Positions 1-8,986 of a DNA stretch of 64,000 nucleotides are shown in pieces. The translations under genes and the position numbers were made by a program. Position 1 is the first letter of the stretch, and each line of letters begins with the position of its first letter. The stretch is from an uncultured Spirochaetaceae bacterium. Its GTDB lineage: Bacteria > Spirochaetota > Spirochaetia > Sphaerochaetales > Sphaerochaetaceae. The DNA is taken from NCBI GenBank assembly GCA_964543935.1, contig CAZJAK010000001.1, positions 3,912-67,911 of the forward strand. The letters are read 5' to 3'. The notes under the pieces are model-generated. The model had not been told where the DNA came from, did no database searches, and saw only the letters and a program-made list of their open reading frames with translations.

Positions 1-88
1 CGACACTCAAGGCATGGCGGTACAAGCTTTCGTTGGAATTGTATTTCCGGTACAGCGCAAGGGCTGCTTCCCTATCGATTGTCGGCAT
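1..88 (-). CDS. HD-superfamily hydrolase, N-terminal fragment (gene runs off the left edge)
   Basis: The reverse complement of 1-88 reads ATG then MPTIDREAALALYRKYNSNESLYRHALSV and continues past position 1. A GGGAGGA Shine-Dalgarno (rc of 93-99) sits 4 nt upstream. From memory, the N-terminus resembles COG2316-type HD hydrolases. It is absent from the ORF track because it is truncated. Confidence 0.45.
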   Translation of the reverse strand, partial: MPTIDREAALALYRKYNSNESLYRHALSV

Positions 89-377
89 GGCGTCCTCCCG
101 TTGCCACCCGTTCTACTACACAATGGACCTGCAAGGCAACCCGCGCGGTGGAAAAACCATCAGGTGCGCAAGAACCTCTTCCTCACCGTCAGGTGTTGTG
201 GTAGACTGGCACAGTCCGGTCCCGTCGCGCGGCGGGTCAACGCCAAACAGTTGAAGGAGGATGCAATGTCTAGTTCAGACGAAGGCGGCAGTAGACGCCC
301 TCCGGCTTCATTTCATCGACATGCCATGCTCTCCCGCACCTGTTTGGTCCTCAATATGAACTGATATTGCGGATCTC

Positions 378-404
378 GGTTCCCGGAGGGCCCAAGGAGG
401 AACC
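378..404 (+). promoter_or_regulatory. Hairpin abutting the corA start codon that partly occludes its Shine-Dalgarno
   Basis: GGTTCC (378-383) is the exact reverse complement of GGAACC (399-404). The 3' arm overlaps the AAGGAGG SD (395-400) and ends 1 nt before the ATG at 405. It sits at the end of a 316-nt untranslated leader. Confidence 0.4.
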
Positions 405-1451
405 ATGATCACCATTCGCGATACGATTTCGCAACGGGTCCTGCCGACGGGAGAAACTTCCGCCGGATACAAGTGGGTTGATGCCAGGGAACTTACCCGT
501 GACGACATAACTGAGTTGGAGGAATCCTACGGCATCTCGTCGGAACTCCTCGCCGACATCATGGATATGGACGAGCAGGCCCGCATCGAGAAAGAGGACG
601 AGTACGTCGCCCTCATCGTCAGGTTGCCGGCTTTCGCCGACGACAGCCATGGAATCAATCAATATTGTGTACCGCTGGGCATTGTGATGTTCCCCGGCAC
701 CATCGTCACCATTTGTCAAAGCGACAGCGTCATCCTCGAGGATTTCGCCCGCAACCGTTTCAGGCAATACCCGGTGCAAACCCAAGAGGGCTTTGTCATC
801 AGCCTGATGGGTCGGGCAGCGATGGTGTTCATCCGTTTGTTGAAATACCTCAACCGTCAAAAAAACCTCATCGAGGAGGAGTTGCATCGCTCGGTCATGA
901 ACGATGAACTCATCCAGTTGCTCTCGATCCAGAAGTCGTTGGTCTATTTCACCACCTCGCTGACAACCAACGAGATCCTGCTGGAGAAACTGGTCAAGTC
1001 GCCGCTGTTCAAGGTCAACGACGAGGAGGAGCGCGAGTTTCTCGACGACGTCATCATCGACAACAAACAGGCTATCGAGATGGCCAACATCTACTCTTCG
1101 ATCCTGACGGGAACCATGGATGCTTTTGCTTCGGTTATCTCCAACAACTTGAGCATCATCATGCGCCGGCTTACGGTGATTTCAATAGCATTGATGTTCC
1201 CGACCTTTGTGGTGAGTTTTTATGGGATGAACGTCCAACTGCCATTTGACCACAATCCGCTGGCAGTCGTTGGAATCTTGGGCTTGTGCGTACTGTCAGC
1301 TGCAGGGGGGATATGGATCCTCAGCGACCACCGCAAGCGCAAGTTCAAGCGCACCGAAGAACCCTTGCGCGGGCGGCGTTTGCTACGCAATGAGAAACGG
1401 TTTGCGAAGAAAGCTCCAAAATCGAAGTCCAAAGCCAAGCCGGCCAATTGA
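405..1451 (+). CDS. corA: CorA-family Mg2+/Co2+ transporter
   Basis: 348-aa ORF with a strong SD (AAGGAGG). It has the YGMNV signature (GMN motif) just before two C-terminal TM helices, and a typical acidic cytoplasmic N-domain. Confidence 0.9.
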   Translation: MITIRDTISQRVLPTGETSAGYKWVDARELTRDDITELEESYGISSELLADIMDMDEQARIEKEDEYVALIVRLPAFADDSHGINQYCVPLGIVMFPGTIVTICQSDSVILEDFARNRFRQYPVQTQEGFVISLMGRAAMVFIRLLKYLNRQKNLIEEELHRSVMNDELIQLLSIQKSLVYFTTSLTTNEILLEKLVKSPLFKVNDEEEREFLDDVIIDNKQAIEMANIYSSILTGTMDAFASVISNNLSIIMRRLTVISIALMFPTFVVSFYGMNVQLPFDHNPLAVVGILGLCVLSAAGGIWILSDHRKRKFKRTEEPLRGRRLLRNEKRFAKKAPKSKSKAKPAN

Positions 1452-1490
1452 CCGTACTGGATCGTTTCCGCTACGCTGTGCCCCATAATC

Positions 1491-2156
1491 ATGACGATTC
1501 ACGAAGTATGCTCACGGTTGCCGGGGACTCTGGTGGCAGAACAATGGCAAGCATTGCTGACCCTCTACGATGAGATCGATCGCTATGCTGCGTCGTTCCA
1601 GAACCGCCATCGGGTGGCTTGTCCACCCGGCTGCGGCACCTGTTGCGAACATTTCACCCCCGACCTCACCGATGAAGAGGCCAGCTTGATGGCGGCTTAC
1701 CTGTTGTTCGTCAAACAGGATCAAGGTGCCATCGCCCGCTTGGCCCAATCAGGTGCCGACAGTCAATCGTGCCCGCTGTATGATCCCGAATCGACGTTCC
1801 ACTGCACCGTCTACCCGGCTCGGGGCATGATTTGCCGCTTGTTCGGGGCTTGTCCGTCGGAAGACAAACACCACCGGCCTGTCTTTAGGAAATGCAAGTA
1901 CAATACCTTGACCGACACCCCGGTCAAGTTGGAGATGAGCGATTTCGAGGGTGACGAGAGTCCTGTGCTTACCATGAATTCGTTCGGCATGCAACTGCAG
2001 GCTATCAGCATGCATGCTCAGACAATGCCGTTGCCCGAGGCACTCACCGTGGCGGCGATGCGTCTGCGGTTCTTGTTCAATAATGGCGGCTTCAATCCAA
2101 ACGACAACGATTCGGGACCCGATGTGCCCAACACACCAACTCCTGTGGCAAGCTGA
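1491..2156 (+). CDS. YkgJ-family (UPF0153) cysteine-cluster zinc/iron-chelating protein
   Basis: 221-aa ORF with the CPPGCGTCCEHF cluster near the N-terminus. Further Cys residues (CPLY, CTVYPARGMICRLF) are typical of the CxxCxxCC family. Confidence 0.65.
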   Translation: MTIHEVCSRLPGTLVAEQWQALLTLYDEIDRYAASFQNRHRVACPPGCGTCCEHFTPDLTDEEASLMAAYLLFVKQDQGAIARLAQSGADSQSCPLYDPESTFHCTVYPARGMICRLFGACPSEDKHHRPVFRKCKYNTLTDTPVKLEMSDFEGDESPVLTMNSFGMQLQAISMHAQTMPLPEALTVAAMRLRFLFNNGGFNPNDNDSGPDVPNTPTPVAS

Positions 2157-2167
2157 GGTGGCTTTCC

Positions 2168-3415
2168 TCACTCGATCAACGGTATCTCATGGTGTTCTTT
2201 ACGTTTGAAATGGCGCATGGCCAGCAGTGCTCCGACCATCAAGACCGGGTATATGGTGGCAAACAGCATTCCACTGCGCAATGCTGTCTGTTGGTCCGAC
2301 AGTGAAGAGAGCCAGGGGAATGCCTTCACTAAGGTCGGGTTGATGTCGGCGACCAAACCTACCAACCAAGGCCCCACTGCGGCCCCCGTGTCTCCGCCGG
2401 CCGCCAACAGGGCGAACAGCGAGGCTCCCGCCAATGGAAATCGGTCGGCGGCATTGACCACCGAACCGGGCCATAGTAACGATGTCCCCAAGCCGCACAT
2501 TGCACAGGCCGCCAATGAGACGAGCGGCCAAGGCGACAACGCCGCCACAAGGTAGCACCCAATGGTAAACAAAGATCCGGCCAGCATAACCTTGGATACG
2601 TCGATGCGGTGCCCCGACTTGCCGTAGATGGCCCGTCCAGTCCCTAAAAAAGCGGCGAACAAGCACAGTCCCGCCAAATCTCCGACTGCTTTGGGGAGGT
2701 TGAGCGAAGCCTCCACAAAAGCGGAAGTCCATTGCGACATCGATACTTCTGTGGCTCCCCCGAAGGCGATGCCGGCCACTACCGCCAAAAAGTAGGGCGA
2801 GCGCAGCAACACCCGCGTGCCGGTGCGGTGTTCTTCGGCTACCTGAGGAGCCAACGGGACACGCAGGAAGTTGATGAAATTGATCAACGGCAGCAGGCTC
2901 CACAGCAAGACGACCACTTGCCAGTTGTGTTCCCCGAAGATGGACAACATCAGTGTCGTCCCGACCACCACGGCGATGAATCCCCAAGCGTAGAACGAGT
3001 GCAACAAACTCATTGCCGACGCTTTGGCATCGGATGGGATTGCTTGGATGATGGCGCTGAGCAAAAGTTCCAACAATCCTCCACCACAGGAATACACTAC
3101 GGTGGCGATCATCAAGCCAAAGTAGGGGTGTCTTGCGAACAACACCGGTACGCCTGCCATCAGCAAAAATCCAACGAACACGCAGGCGTGACCCAAGGCG
3201 ATGAAGGGCCGTACCCCGTGACGGTCGACCGGACGGCTGAAGGCCAAATCGGCGACGATCTGGGTAAAAAAGTTTATCAAGGTCAACCGCCCGGCCTGTT
3301 CGAAGGTGATGCCGAAGTTGCCGATGAACAAGATGTAAAGCAGAGGGGCTAGGTTCGACATCAACGCACCGACGAAATTGCCGATATAACAGGCTTTGAT
3401 TGTTGAGCGGTACAT
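2168..3415 (-). CDS. MFS transporter
   Basis: Multi-TM ORF from the 2168-3547 track entry. I place the start at the internal Met (MYRSTIKACYIGNF...) at 3415, because the longer form would overlap the divergent gph-like gene. About 12 hydrophobic segments. Confidence 0.75.
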   Translation of the reverse strand: MYRSTIKACYIGNFVGALMSNLAPLLYILFIGNFGITFEQAGRLTLINFFTQIVADLAFSRPVDRHGVRPFIALGHACVFVGFLLMAGVPVLFARHPYFGLMIATVVYSCGGGLLELLLSAIIQAIPSDAKASAMSLLHSFYAWGFIAVVVGTTLMLSIFGEHNWQVVVLLWSLLPLINFINFLRVPLAPQVAEEHRTGTRVLLRSPYFLAVVAGIAFGGATEVSMSQWTSAFVEASLNLPKAVGDLAGLCLFAAFLGTGRAIYGKSGHRIDVSKVMLAGSLFTIGCYLVAALSPWPLVSLAACAMCGLGTSLLWPGSVVNAADRFPLAGASLFALLAAGGDTGAAVGPWLVGLVADINPTLVKAFPWLSSLSDQQTALRSGMLFATIYPVLMVGALLAMRHFKRKEHHEIPLIE

Positions 3416-3455
3416 GCGAGCGATTATAGAGCCGATGGATGCTCGTGTAAACATC

Positions 3456-3464
3456 TGGTATACT
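3456..3464 (+). promoter_or_regulatory. Extended -10 promoter element (TGgTATACT) immediately upstream of the gph-like ATG
   Basis: TG at 3456-3457 and TATACT at 3459-3464. Only 6 nt separate the -10 from the ATG at 3471, and no SD lies between them. Confidence 0.35.
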
Positions 3465-3470
3465 CGTGAC

Positions 3471-4148
3471 ATGAATGTAACAGCAAAGCGCGTGAAAGCA
3501 GTCTTGTTCGATCTCGATGGGACATTGGTGGACACCATTGGTGACATCGCTTATGCCCTCAACACTGTGTTGGCAAGTTTGGGCATCGCTAAAATCGAAG
3601 ATGCCACTTGCATGCGGTTTGTGGGAAATGGGCTGCGCAATACCCTGAAAGGAGCATTGCAGGCGGCTGGTAGCGATGTCGACGAGGCAGAGACAGACCG
3701 TTTGTTCGCTCTGTTTCTGGACGCTTATGCCCGCAAGCCGTTCGAGCGCAGCGTCCTGTATCCCCACATGCCAGCATTGCTTCAGAAATGTGTTGCCGCC
3801 GGCCTCCCGGTAGGGATACTATCCAACAAGGACGATGCGTTGGTCAGGGTGATTGTCAAAGCCTTGTTGCCCGATATCGCTTTTGCGTTCGTGCGTGGCG
3901 CTCTGCCAGGCGAACCGTTGAAACCTGCCGCCGACAGCGCGCTTCGGTTCGCACGCATGATCGGCCTCGATTCCGCTGACATCCTTTTGGTCGGGGACAG
4001 CGAGGTCGATGCGATGACTGCCAAGGCCGCTCACATGCAATTGGCCTTGGTCGGGTGGGGGTACCGCCCGTTGCAAGCGTTGGCTCAGGTCGGTTACGGT
4101 AGTCTGTGTAGGACGGTGGAGGAGTTGCAAGCGGAGGTGTTCGCATGA
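3471..4148 (+). CDS. HAD-superfamily phosphatase (phosphoglycolate phosphatase-like)
   Basis: MNVTAKRVKAVLFDLDGTLVDT carries HAD motif I (DxDGT). Also present are SNK (motif II region) and VGDSEVD (motif IV). The start is chosen at the Met 9 aa before the DLDG motif. Confidence 0.8.
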   Translation: MNVTAKRVKAVLFDLDGTLVDTIGDIAYALNTVLASLGIAKIEDATCMRFVGNGLRNTLKGALQAAGSDVDEAETDRLFALFLDAYARKPFERSVLYPHMPALLQKCVAAGLPVGILSNKDDALVRVIVKALLPDIAFAFVRGALPGEPLKPAADSALRFARMIGLDSADILLVGDSEVDAMTAKAAHMQLALVGWGYRPLQALAQVGYGSLCRTVEELQAEVFA

Positions 4149-5866
4149 AGTTTACCGATGAAGATCGCGTTGCATTGTACAAGAAAGCCCAGTCCTACAT
4201 CGATGCCGAAAGCCATTCCGATTTCCGTAACGAGGTGGTCCATGCCCTCGATGAACGGGCCGACGAGGACCTCTACGACCGTTTTTACACATCGCTGGCC
4301 TTCGGGACGGCCGGCATGAGAGGTGTCATCGGCGGCGGGACCAACCGGATGAACGTTTTCATGGTCCGCAAGGTGACCCAAGGTCTGGCCGATTACATCA
4401 CTGAAAGCACCGTCAAGGGGCCGGTGGTCATCGCCTACGACTCACGGCTGTACTCGGATGTGTTCGCCAAGGAGGCCGCTTTGGTGCTGTGTGCCAACGG
4501 AATCGCGGTCAAACTGTACGGAACCATCCATCCGGTGCCGATGCTCTCGTTCGCTGTGCGCTACCTCAAAGCAGTGGCCGGTATCGTCATCACCGCCAGC
4601 CACAACCCTGCCAAATACAATGGTTACAAGGTCTATTGGTCGGATGGCGGCCAGGTCACACCGCCGCATGATATCGGCATCGGTGCGAAGGTGGCATCAG
4701 TGCATGCCGAGCACATCCGCTCGATCGAGGCAAGTGCAGCTCGCAGCAACGGCTTGCTCGATTCCGTACCTGCCGAAGTGGACGAGGCCTATTACGCGAT
4801 GGTGGTGGCCAGCCTGAGGCGCCCGGCCCTGTTCAAGAACAGTTCCGTCAAGGTCGCCTACACTCCGTTGCATGGGACGGGCAACATCCCGGTCAGGACG
4901 ATTTTGGAGCGCGTGGGCATTGCCGTGGCGGTGGTCGAGCGCCAAGAATTGCCGGATGGGAACTTCCCCACCGTATCGATGCCCAATCCTGAAGACCCCC
5001 AGGCGATGCGCTTGGCGATCGAACTGGCCAAGCAACAGAAGTCCGACATCGTCTTGGGCACCGATCCCGACGCCGACCGCTTGGGCATCGCCATTCCCGA
5101 AAACGATACCAAGGAGACCTATCGGTTGCTCAGCGGCAACCAGATCGCGATCCTTCTGTGCGATTACTTGATCAACACCTGCAAAGAAAGTACACCCGAT
5201 ACCAAAAAGGTCCCGCTCGTGGTCAAATCATTGGTCACCACCGATCTGGTCAAGGCCATCACCGAGCGCAATGGGGGACAGTGCCTCGATGTGTTGACCG
5301 GGTTCAAGTACATTGCTGAAAAAATCGCCGAAGTAGAGGACTCGTCCGAACGCTTCTTCTTGTTCGGGTGCGAAGAGAGCTATGGGTATCTGAGTGTGCC
5401 GCACATCCGCGACAAAGATGCGGTATCGACAGCGGTATGCGCTGTCGAGATGATGTGCCATTACGCCACCAAAGGCATCACGTTGCAACAGCGGCTCGAC
5501 CAGATTTACCAAGAGTACGGATACCATACCGAGACAGTGCTTTCGTTCTCGTACGAAGGGAGCTCGGGGAAAGCCAAGATGGCGGCCATCATGGCCGACT
5601 TCAGGGCCAAACGGGTCGGTGACAGCTTCGCCGGCCACACGATCAACCGTGTCCAAGACCTGCTGACAAGCGACGGCAGTTCTGAATTCCCTTCCTCCGA
5701 TGTCGTGATCCTGTGGTTCGACAGCGGCGAGAAACTTGTCATCAGACCAAGCGGGACTGAACCGAAAATCAAGTATTACTTATTCTTCACAATCCCGGCC
5801 GATCAGCGCCACGCCTTCACGCAGTCGATGGCCGAGCGGATCGCCGGGTTCAAGGCAGCGCTATGA
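4145..5866 (+). CDS. Phosphoglucomutase/phosphomannomutase-family phosphosugar mutase
   Basis: 573 aa. It has the TASHNPAKYNGYKVY phosphoserine loop, the GTDPDADR metal-binding loop and the GCEESYGY sugar-binding loop. ATGA start/stop overlap with the upstream gene. Confidence 0.9.
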   Translation: MKFTDEDRVALYKKAQSYIDAESHSDFRNEVVHALDERADEDLYDRFYTSLAFGTAGMRGVIGGGTNRMNVFMVRKVTQGLADYITESTVKGPVVIAYDSRLYSDVFAKEAALVLCANGIAVKLYGTIHPVPMLSFAVRYLKAVAGIVITASHNPAKYNGYKVYWSDGGQVTPPHDIGIGAKVASVHAEHIRSIEASAARSNGLLDSVPAEVDEAYYAMVVASLRRPALFKNSSVKVAYTPLHGTGNIPVRTILERVGIAVAVVERQELPDGNFPTVSMPNPEDPQAMRLAIELAKQQKSDIVLGTDPDADRLGIAIPENDTKETYRLLSGNQIAILLCDYLINTCKESTPDTKKVPLVVKSLVTTDLVKAITERNGGQCLDVLTGFKYIAEKIAEVEDSSERFFLFGCEESYGYLSVPHIRDKDAVSTAVCAVEMMCHYATKGITLQQRLDQIYQEYGYHTETVLSFSYEGSSGKAKMAAIMADFRAKRVGDSFAGHTINRVQDLLTSDGSSEFPSSDVVILWFDSGEKLVIRPSGTEPKIKYYLFFTIPADQRHAFTQSMAERIAGFKAAL

Positions 5867-6642
5867 AACATGGATTCATGATTCGCAGGACAAAAGGGAC
5901 GACCCTCATCCTCTCTCCGTTTGAAAATCCGGTCACTGCCGGTTCGTGGGAGCCTCAGGAAGAGGTCGTGTGGTATGGAAGCACCATCCTCACCACCAAG
6001 GAAAAGGATGATGCGTTGTTCGTCATGTACAAGCACATCGACCGGGGTGTCGACCGCTGGATCCAAGACGCCCGCTATCTGCCACGCTTGTTGCTGTGCG
6101 CCTTGGCCTTCCTCATCACCTACTTTTTCTTCTCGTTGGCGGTCCGCGATCCATTGCCTATGTTGGACGAGCTGTTGCTGGCCGGTGGTGTGGCTTTCGC
6201 GCTGGGGGCTTTCCTGACCTCGCGCGACAAGAAAAGCGACATGGCCATGAAACGCCGCATGGAGCTCAAGCAGAACGCCTCGCGCAGTGATTTCCTCGTG
6301 GTGGAGGGGCTCGGCTCGTACGAGAAGTATGTGGACGATGCCGCCTATATCGACACCATCGAGTTGGCGGACCGGTTGGCGATGGTATCGGATCACCCCT
6401 TGGAACGCTTGCAGGTATCCGAACAACAATCTGGCGAGTGGCAAGCCGAGCTCGATCAACTGATCCGCGATCATTTCAAACTCACCGGCCGGAGCACATG
6501 GTTGTGGTACCGCAAGGTCATGGAGGCGCGTACATTGGGCAAAGCCGATGTCGGTTTGTCGGCCCGCTTGCTCAAGCTGGCCATGAACCAACAGATCGAC
6601 TTGTCCCTGCTGGCGCTCTTGGTATCCATTTCGAAGCAATGA
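5863..6642 (+). CDS. Hypothetical membrane protein (two central TM helices)
   Basis: 259-aa ORF with an ATGA overlap with the mutase stop. Hydrophobic segments are LLLCALAFLITYFFFSLAV and LLLAGGVAFALGAFL. I recognise no family. Confidence 0.55.
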   Translation: MKHGFMIRRTKGTTLILSPFENPVTAGSWEPQEEVVWYGSTILTTKEKDDALFVMYKHIDRGVDRWIQDARYLPRLLLCALAFLITYFFFSLAVRDPLPMLDELLLAGGVAFALGAFLTSRDKKSDMAMKRRMELKQNASRSDFLVVEGLGSYEKYVDDAAYIDTIELADRLAMVSDHPLERLQVSEQQSGEWQAELDQLIRDHFKLTGRSTWLWYRKVMEARTLGKADVGLSARLLKLAMNQQIDLSLLALLVSISKQ

Positions 6643-6666
6643 GAGTCTTGAGGGCATCGATCGAGT

Positions 6667-8160
6667 ATGCCCGATCGTTTCGTATCCAGCATCGATTCCT
6701 TCATGATGGCGAAGATCGGCACGATGTGCTTGGTCTTGGCTTGGCATCCCTCTTGTTTCCACGATATTCGCTTGGGTTTGTTGGTGGCCACGGCAGTAAC
6801 GGCTGTGTGCATTGCTGTCTCCCCGTGGGTGGTTCACCGCGTGGTGACGGCAGTCCTGTTGCTTTGTTTCATCTGGATGCTTACGATTGTGGGATTGCAG
6901 CAATCCTATTGGATGTCCAGACCATGGTTCGCCTTTCCACCCGAGAGCATCACAGCGGTCGAAGGAACGCTTGTCTCCGATTCGCATACGAGTATGAACG
7001 GGAATCTCACGGCGACTGTCGCGCTTTCAACCTGCACCTCCTGTTTTGGAGCACAGGGTGGGTGCGGTGGGACTGTCCAGGTTGTCGGCCAACGCATCGA
7101 TGGAATCATCCCGGCTGCAACCAAACTGACCATCGGCGGTACGCTGGAACTCATGCCGGACGGAACGTATCTTTTAGCAGCCGACTCGCTGATGCCTCTA
7201 GACTGTGGTGGAGCTCTGCGCACTGTCCGGGTGCGCATTCTGGCCGTAGTGTCGCACTCGTTGTGGCAGTTGGGCCCGCTTGCAGGTGAGTTGTCCAGCC
7301 AATTATTGCTTGGACGTAGCGATGAGCCCGGTTCCCCGTTACGGACCCTCTCGGTTGCCGCCGGCTGTTCGCATGTGTTGGCTTTGTCCGGGATGCATGT
7401 GCATGTCTTGGCAGGGTTGACCATCCTGGTGCTCTCATTGTTCATGGGACGGCTGCGGGCCCGTCGATGGTCGTTGGCCACGACGCTCCTGTTTGTCTGG
7501 ATTGCCGGACCGAAACCTTCATTGGTCCGCGCTGCGCTCATGCAAGTTTGCCTGGCGTTGCCGGCGAGAGCGTTCACGATCGAGGAATCGTTGTATGTGG
7601 CCTGTTCCGTTCAGATTCTGTTGTACCCGCTGCATGCGGCCAATGAGGCCTTCATCCTCTCATACGCAGCGTTGGCCGGCTTGGCGTTGTTTTCCAAGAG
7701 GTGGTCTGCTCTCTTGTCCCTGTTCTTGCCAGCGCCGGTCGCTGTGACGCTGGCGACCTCGTCGGCGACCCTTTCCTTGACGACCGCCTGTGCGTTGGCG
7801 ATGTTCGGCACGTGGCATCCGGTCGCGATCCTTAACGGTTGGTTGGCATCTGTGCTGGCCATGGGAGCCATGGTGGCGGGTTTGCTGTGGTTGGCCGCTC
7901 CAATCGCACCGGTGGCGGCTCTTGCACGGCTGGTCTCACAGTGCTACCTGGCAGTGGTGACGCATTCGGCCACGTGGTCGGAAAGCCATCCTCAGGCTGG
8001 CACGTTCGTTACCTATGTCGTCTTCGTCCTGGTCGTGTTGACTGTCCTCGCTCTTGTTGGGTATGCTGGCTCACGGATTGCGGCGAGGAGCACAGGTGAG
8101 CATGATGTGGGATTTTCCCTACGATTCAGAGAAAGCATTGGCGGCCCTCCTGGAGACTGA
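6667..8160 (+). CDS. comEC: ComEC/Rec2-family competence channel protein (no C-terminal metallo-beta-lactamase domain)
   Basis: 497-aa polytopic membrane ORF. It has the family-typical AAGCSHVLALSGMHVHVLAGL segment (compare the HLLAISGLH motif). Confidence 0.7.
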   Translation: MPDRFVSSIDSFMMAKIGTMCLVLAWHPSCFHDIRLGLLVATAVTAVCIAVSPWVVHRVVTAVLLLCFIWMLTIVGLQQSYWMSRPWFAFPPESITAVEGTLVSDSHTSMNGNLTATVALSTCTSCFGAQGGCGGTVQVVGQRIDGIIPAATKLTIGGTLELMPDGTYLLAADSLMPLDCGGALRTVRVRILAVVSHSLWQLGPLAGELSSQLLLGRSDEPGSPLRTLSVAAGCSHVLALSGMHVHVLAGLTILVLSLFMGRLRARRWSLATTLLFVWIAGPKPSLVRAALMQVCLALPARAFTIEESLYVACSVQILLYPLHAANEAFILSYAALAGLALFSKRWSALLSLFLPAPVAVTLATSSATLSLTTACALAMFGTWHPVAILNGWLASVLAMGAMVAGLLWLAAPIAPVAALARLVSQCYLAVVTHSATWSESHPQAGTFVTYVVFVLVVLTVLALVGYAGSRIAARSTGEHDVGFSLRFRESIGGPPGD

Positions 8161-8986
8161 AGGGTTGGCGATGACCAAAAAGTTCGGGCAGAACTTCCTG
8201 ATCTCGGCATCGGCACGCCGCAAGATTGTCGAGGCTATCGCAGTCGGTCCTGCCGACAGAGTCTGGGAGATTGGACCAGGTCTCGGTTCGTTGACGGCTG
8301 ATGTGTTGCGCACAGGGGCTTCGGTCACCGCCTTTGAAATCGATCATGGGTTTTGCCGGATCTTGCGGGAACAAGCTTTCAGCGGCCATGCCGCATTCAC
8401 GTTGATCGAAGGCGACTTCCTCAAGACGTGGGAAGGGGAATTCTCCCGCAACGGGGTGCCCGAGGTCATTTGCGGCAACCTTCCCTACAATGTCGGTTCA
8501 ATCTGCATCGCCCGCCTGATCGAAGGGGGCTGTGTGCCACACCGGATGGTCTTCACGCTGCAAAAAGAGGTCGCCGAACGGTTGGCGGCAACTGTGGGTT
8601 CCAAATCGTGGTCGACACTGTCAATCTTGACTCAATTGGATTATCGGGTGGGCAAGCTGTTCTCCATCGGGCCGGGATCGTTTTTCCCTCCTCCGAACGT
8701 GGAATCGGCAGTGGTCCTCCTGAGCAAACGTGAAGTTCCGCAAGTTGACGAAGGCCTGCGCAAATCGTTTCTCAGATTGGTGGACGACATCTTCACCCAA
8801 CGACGAAAAACCGTGCGCAACAACCTGCTTGGCGGCGACACCGGCCAGCGCTATGGCAAACAGCTCGTCCTACAAGCTTTGTCCCTAGCCGAAATTGAAG
8901 AATCCGAGCGCTGCGAGCAATTGGGAATCGATCGGATCAAGCAGTTGGCCGCAGTGATCGAGCGCATCAGTCTTTCCAGGCCCTGA
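8102..8986 (+). CDS. rsmA: 16S rRNA (adenine1518-N6/adenine1519-N6)-dimethyltransferase
   Basis: KKFGQNFL, WEIGPGLGSLT (SAM site) and GNLPYNVGS motifs. The start is placed at MMWDFPYDSEKAL (8102). The track ORF begins at 8054 and the true start is uncertain. It overlaps the comEC 3' end. Confidence 0.88.
   Translation: MMWDFPYDSEKALAALLETEGLAMTKKFGQNFLISASARRKIVEAIAVGPADRVWEIGPGLGSLTADVLRTGASVTAFEIDHGFCRILREQAFSGHAAFTLIEGDFLKTWEGEFSRNGVPEVICGNLPYNVGSICIARLIEGGCVPHRMVFTLQKEVAERLAATVGSKSWSTLSILTQLDYRVGKLFSIGPGSFFPPPNVESAVVLLSKREVPQVDEGLRKSFLRLVDDIFTQRRKTVRNNLLGGDTGQRYGKQLVLQALSLAEIEESERCEQLGIDRIKQLAAVIERISLSRP

Noticed and set aside
14-364. 116-aa plus-strand ORF (and the 33-254 ORF) in the region upstream of corA
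   Set aside because: It has no SD and an Arg/Pro/Gly-rich composition typical of spurious frames in GC-rich DNA. It overlaps the 5' end and SD of the divergent HD-hydrolase gene. I read the region as an untranslated leader instead.
89-404. Firm call of an M-box (ykoK) riboswitch upstream of corA
   Set aside because: Only three short strings match my memory of the B. subtilis M-box, and their spacing is non-canonical. I keep it as a low-confidence finding to be tested with cmscan, not as an annotated ncRNA.
2199-3767. 522-aa minus-strand ORF
   Set aside because: This is an alternative frame across the MFS gene and the gph start. It is Arg/Gly/His-rich with no TM or domain pattern. The in-frame MFS ORF explains the region.
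5803-6987. 394-aa minus-strand ORF
   Set aside because: It is antisense to the 5863-6642 membrane-protein gene and the comEC 5' end. It has a low-complexity Arg/Gln/His composition and no start signals.
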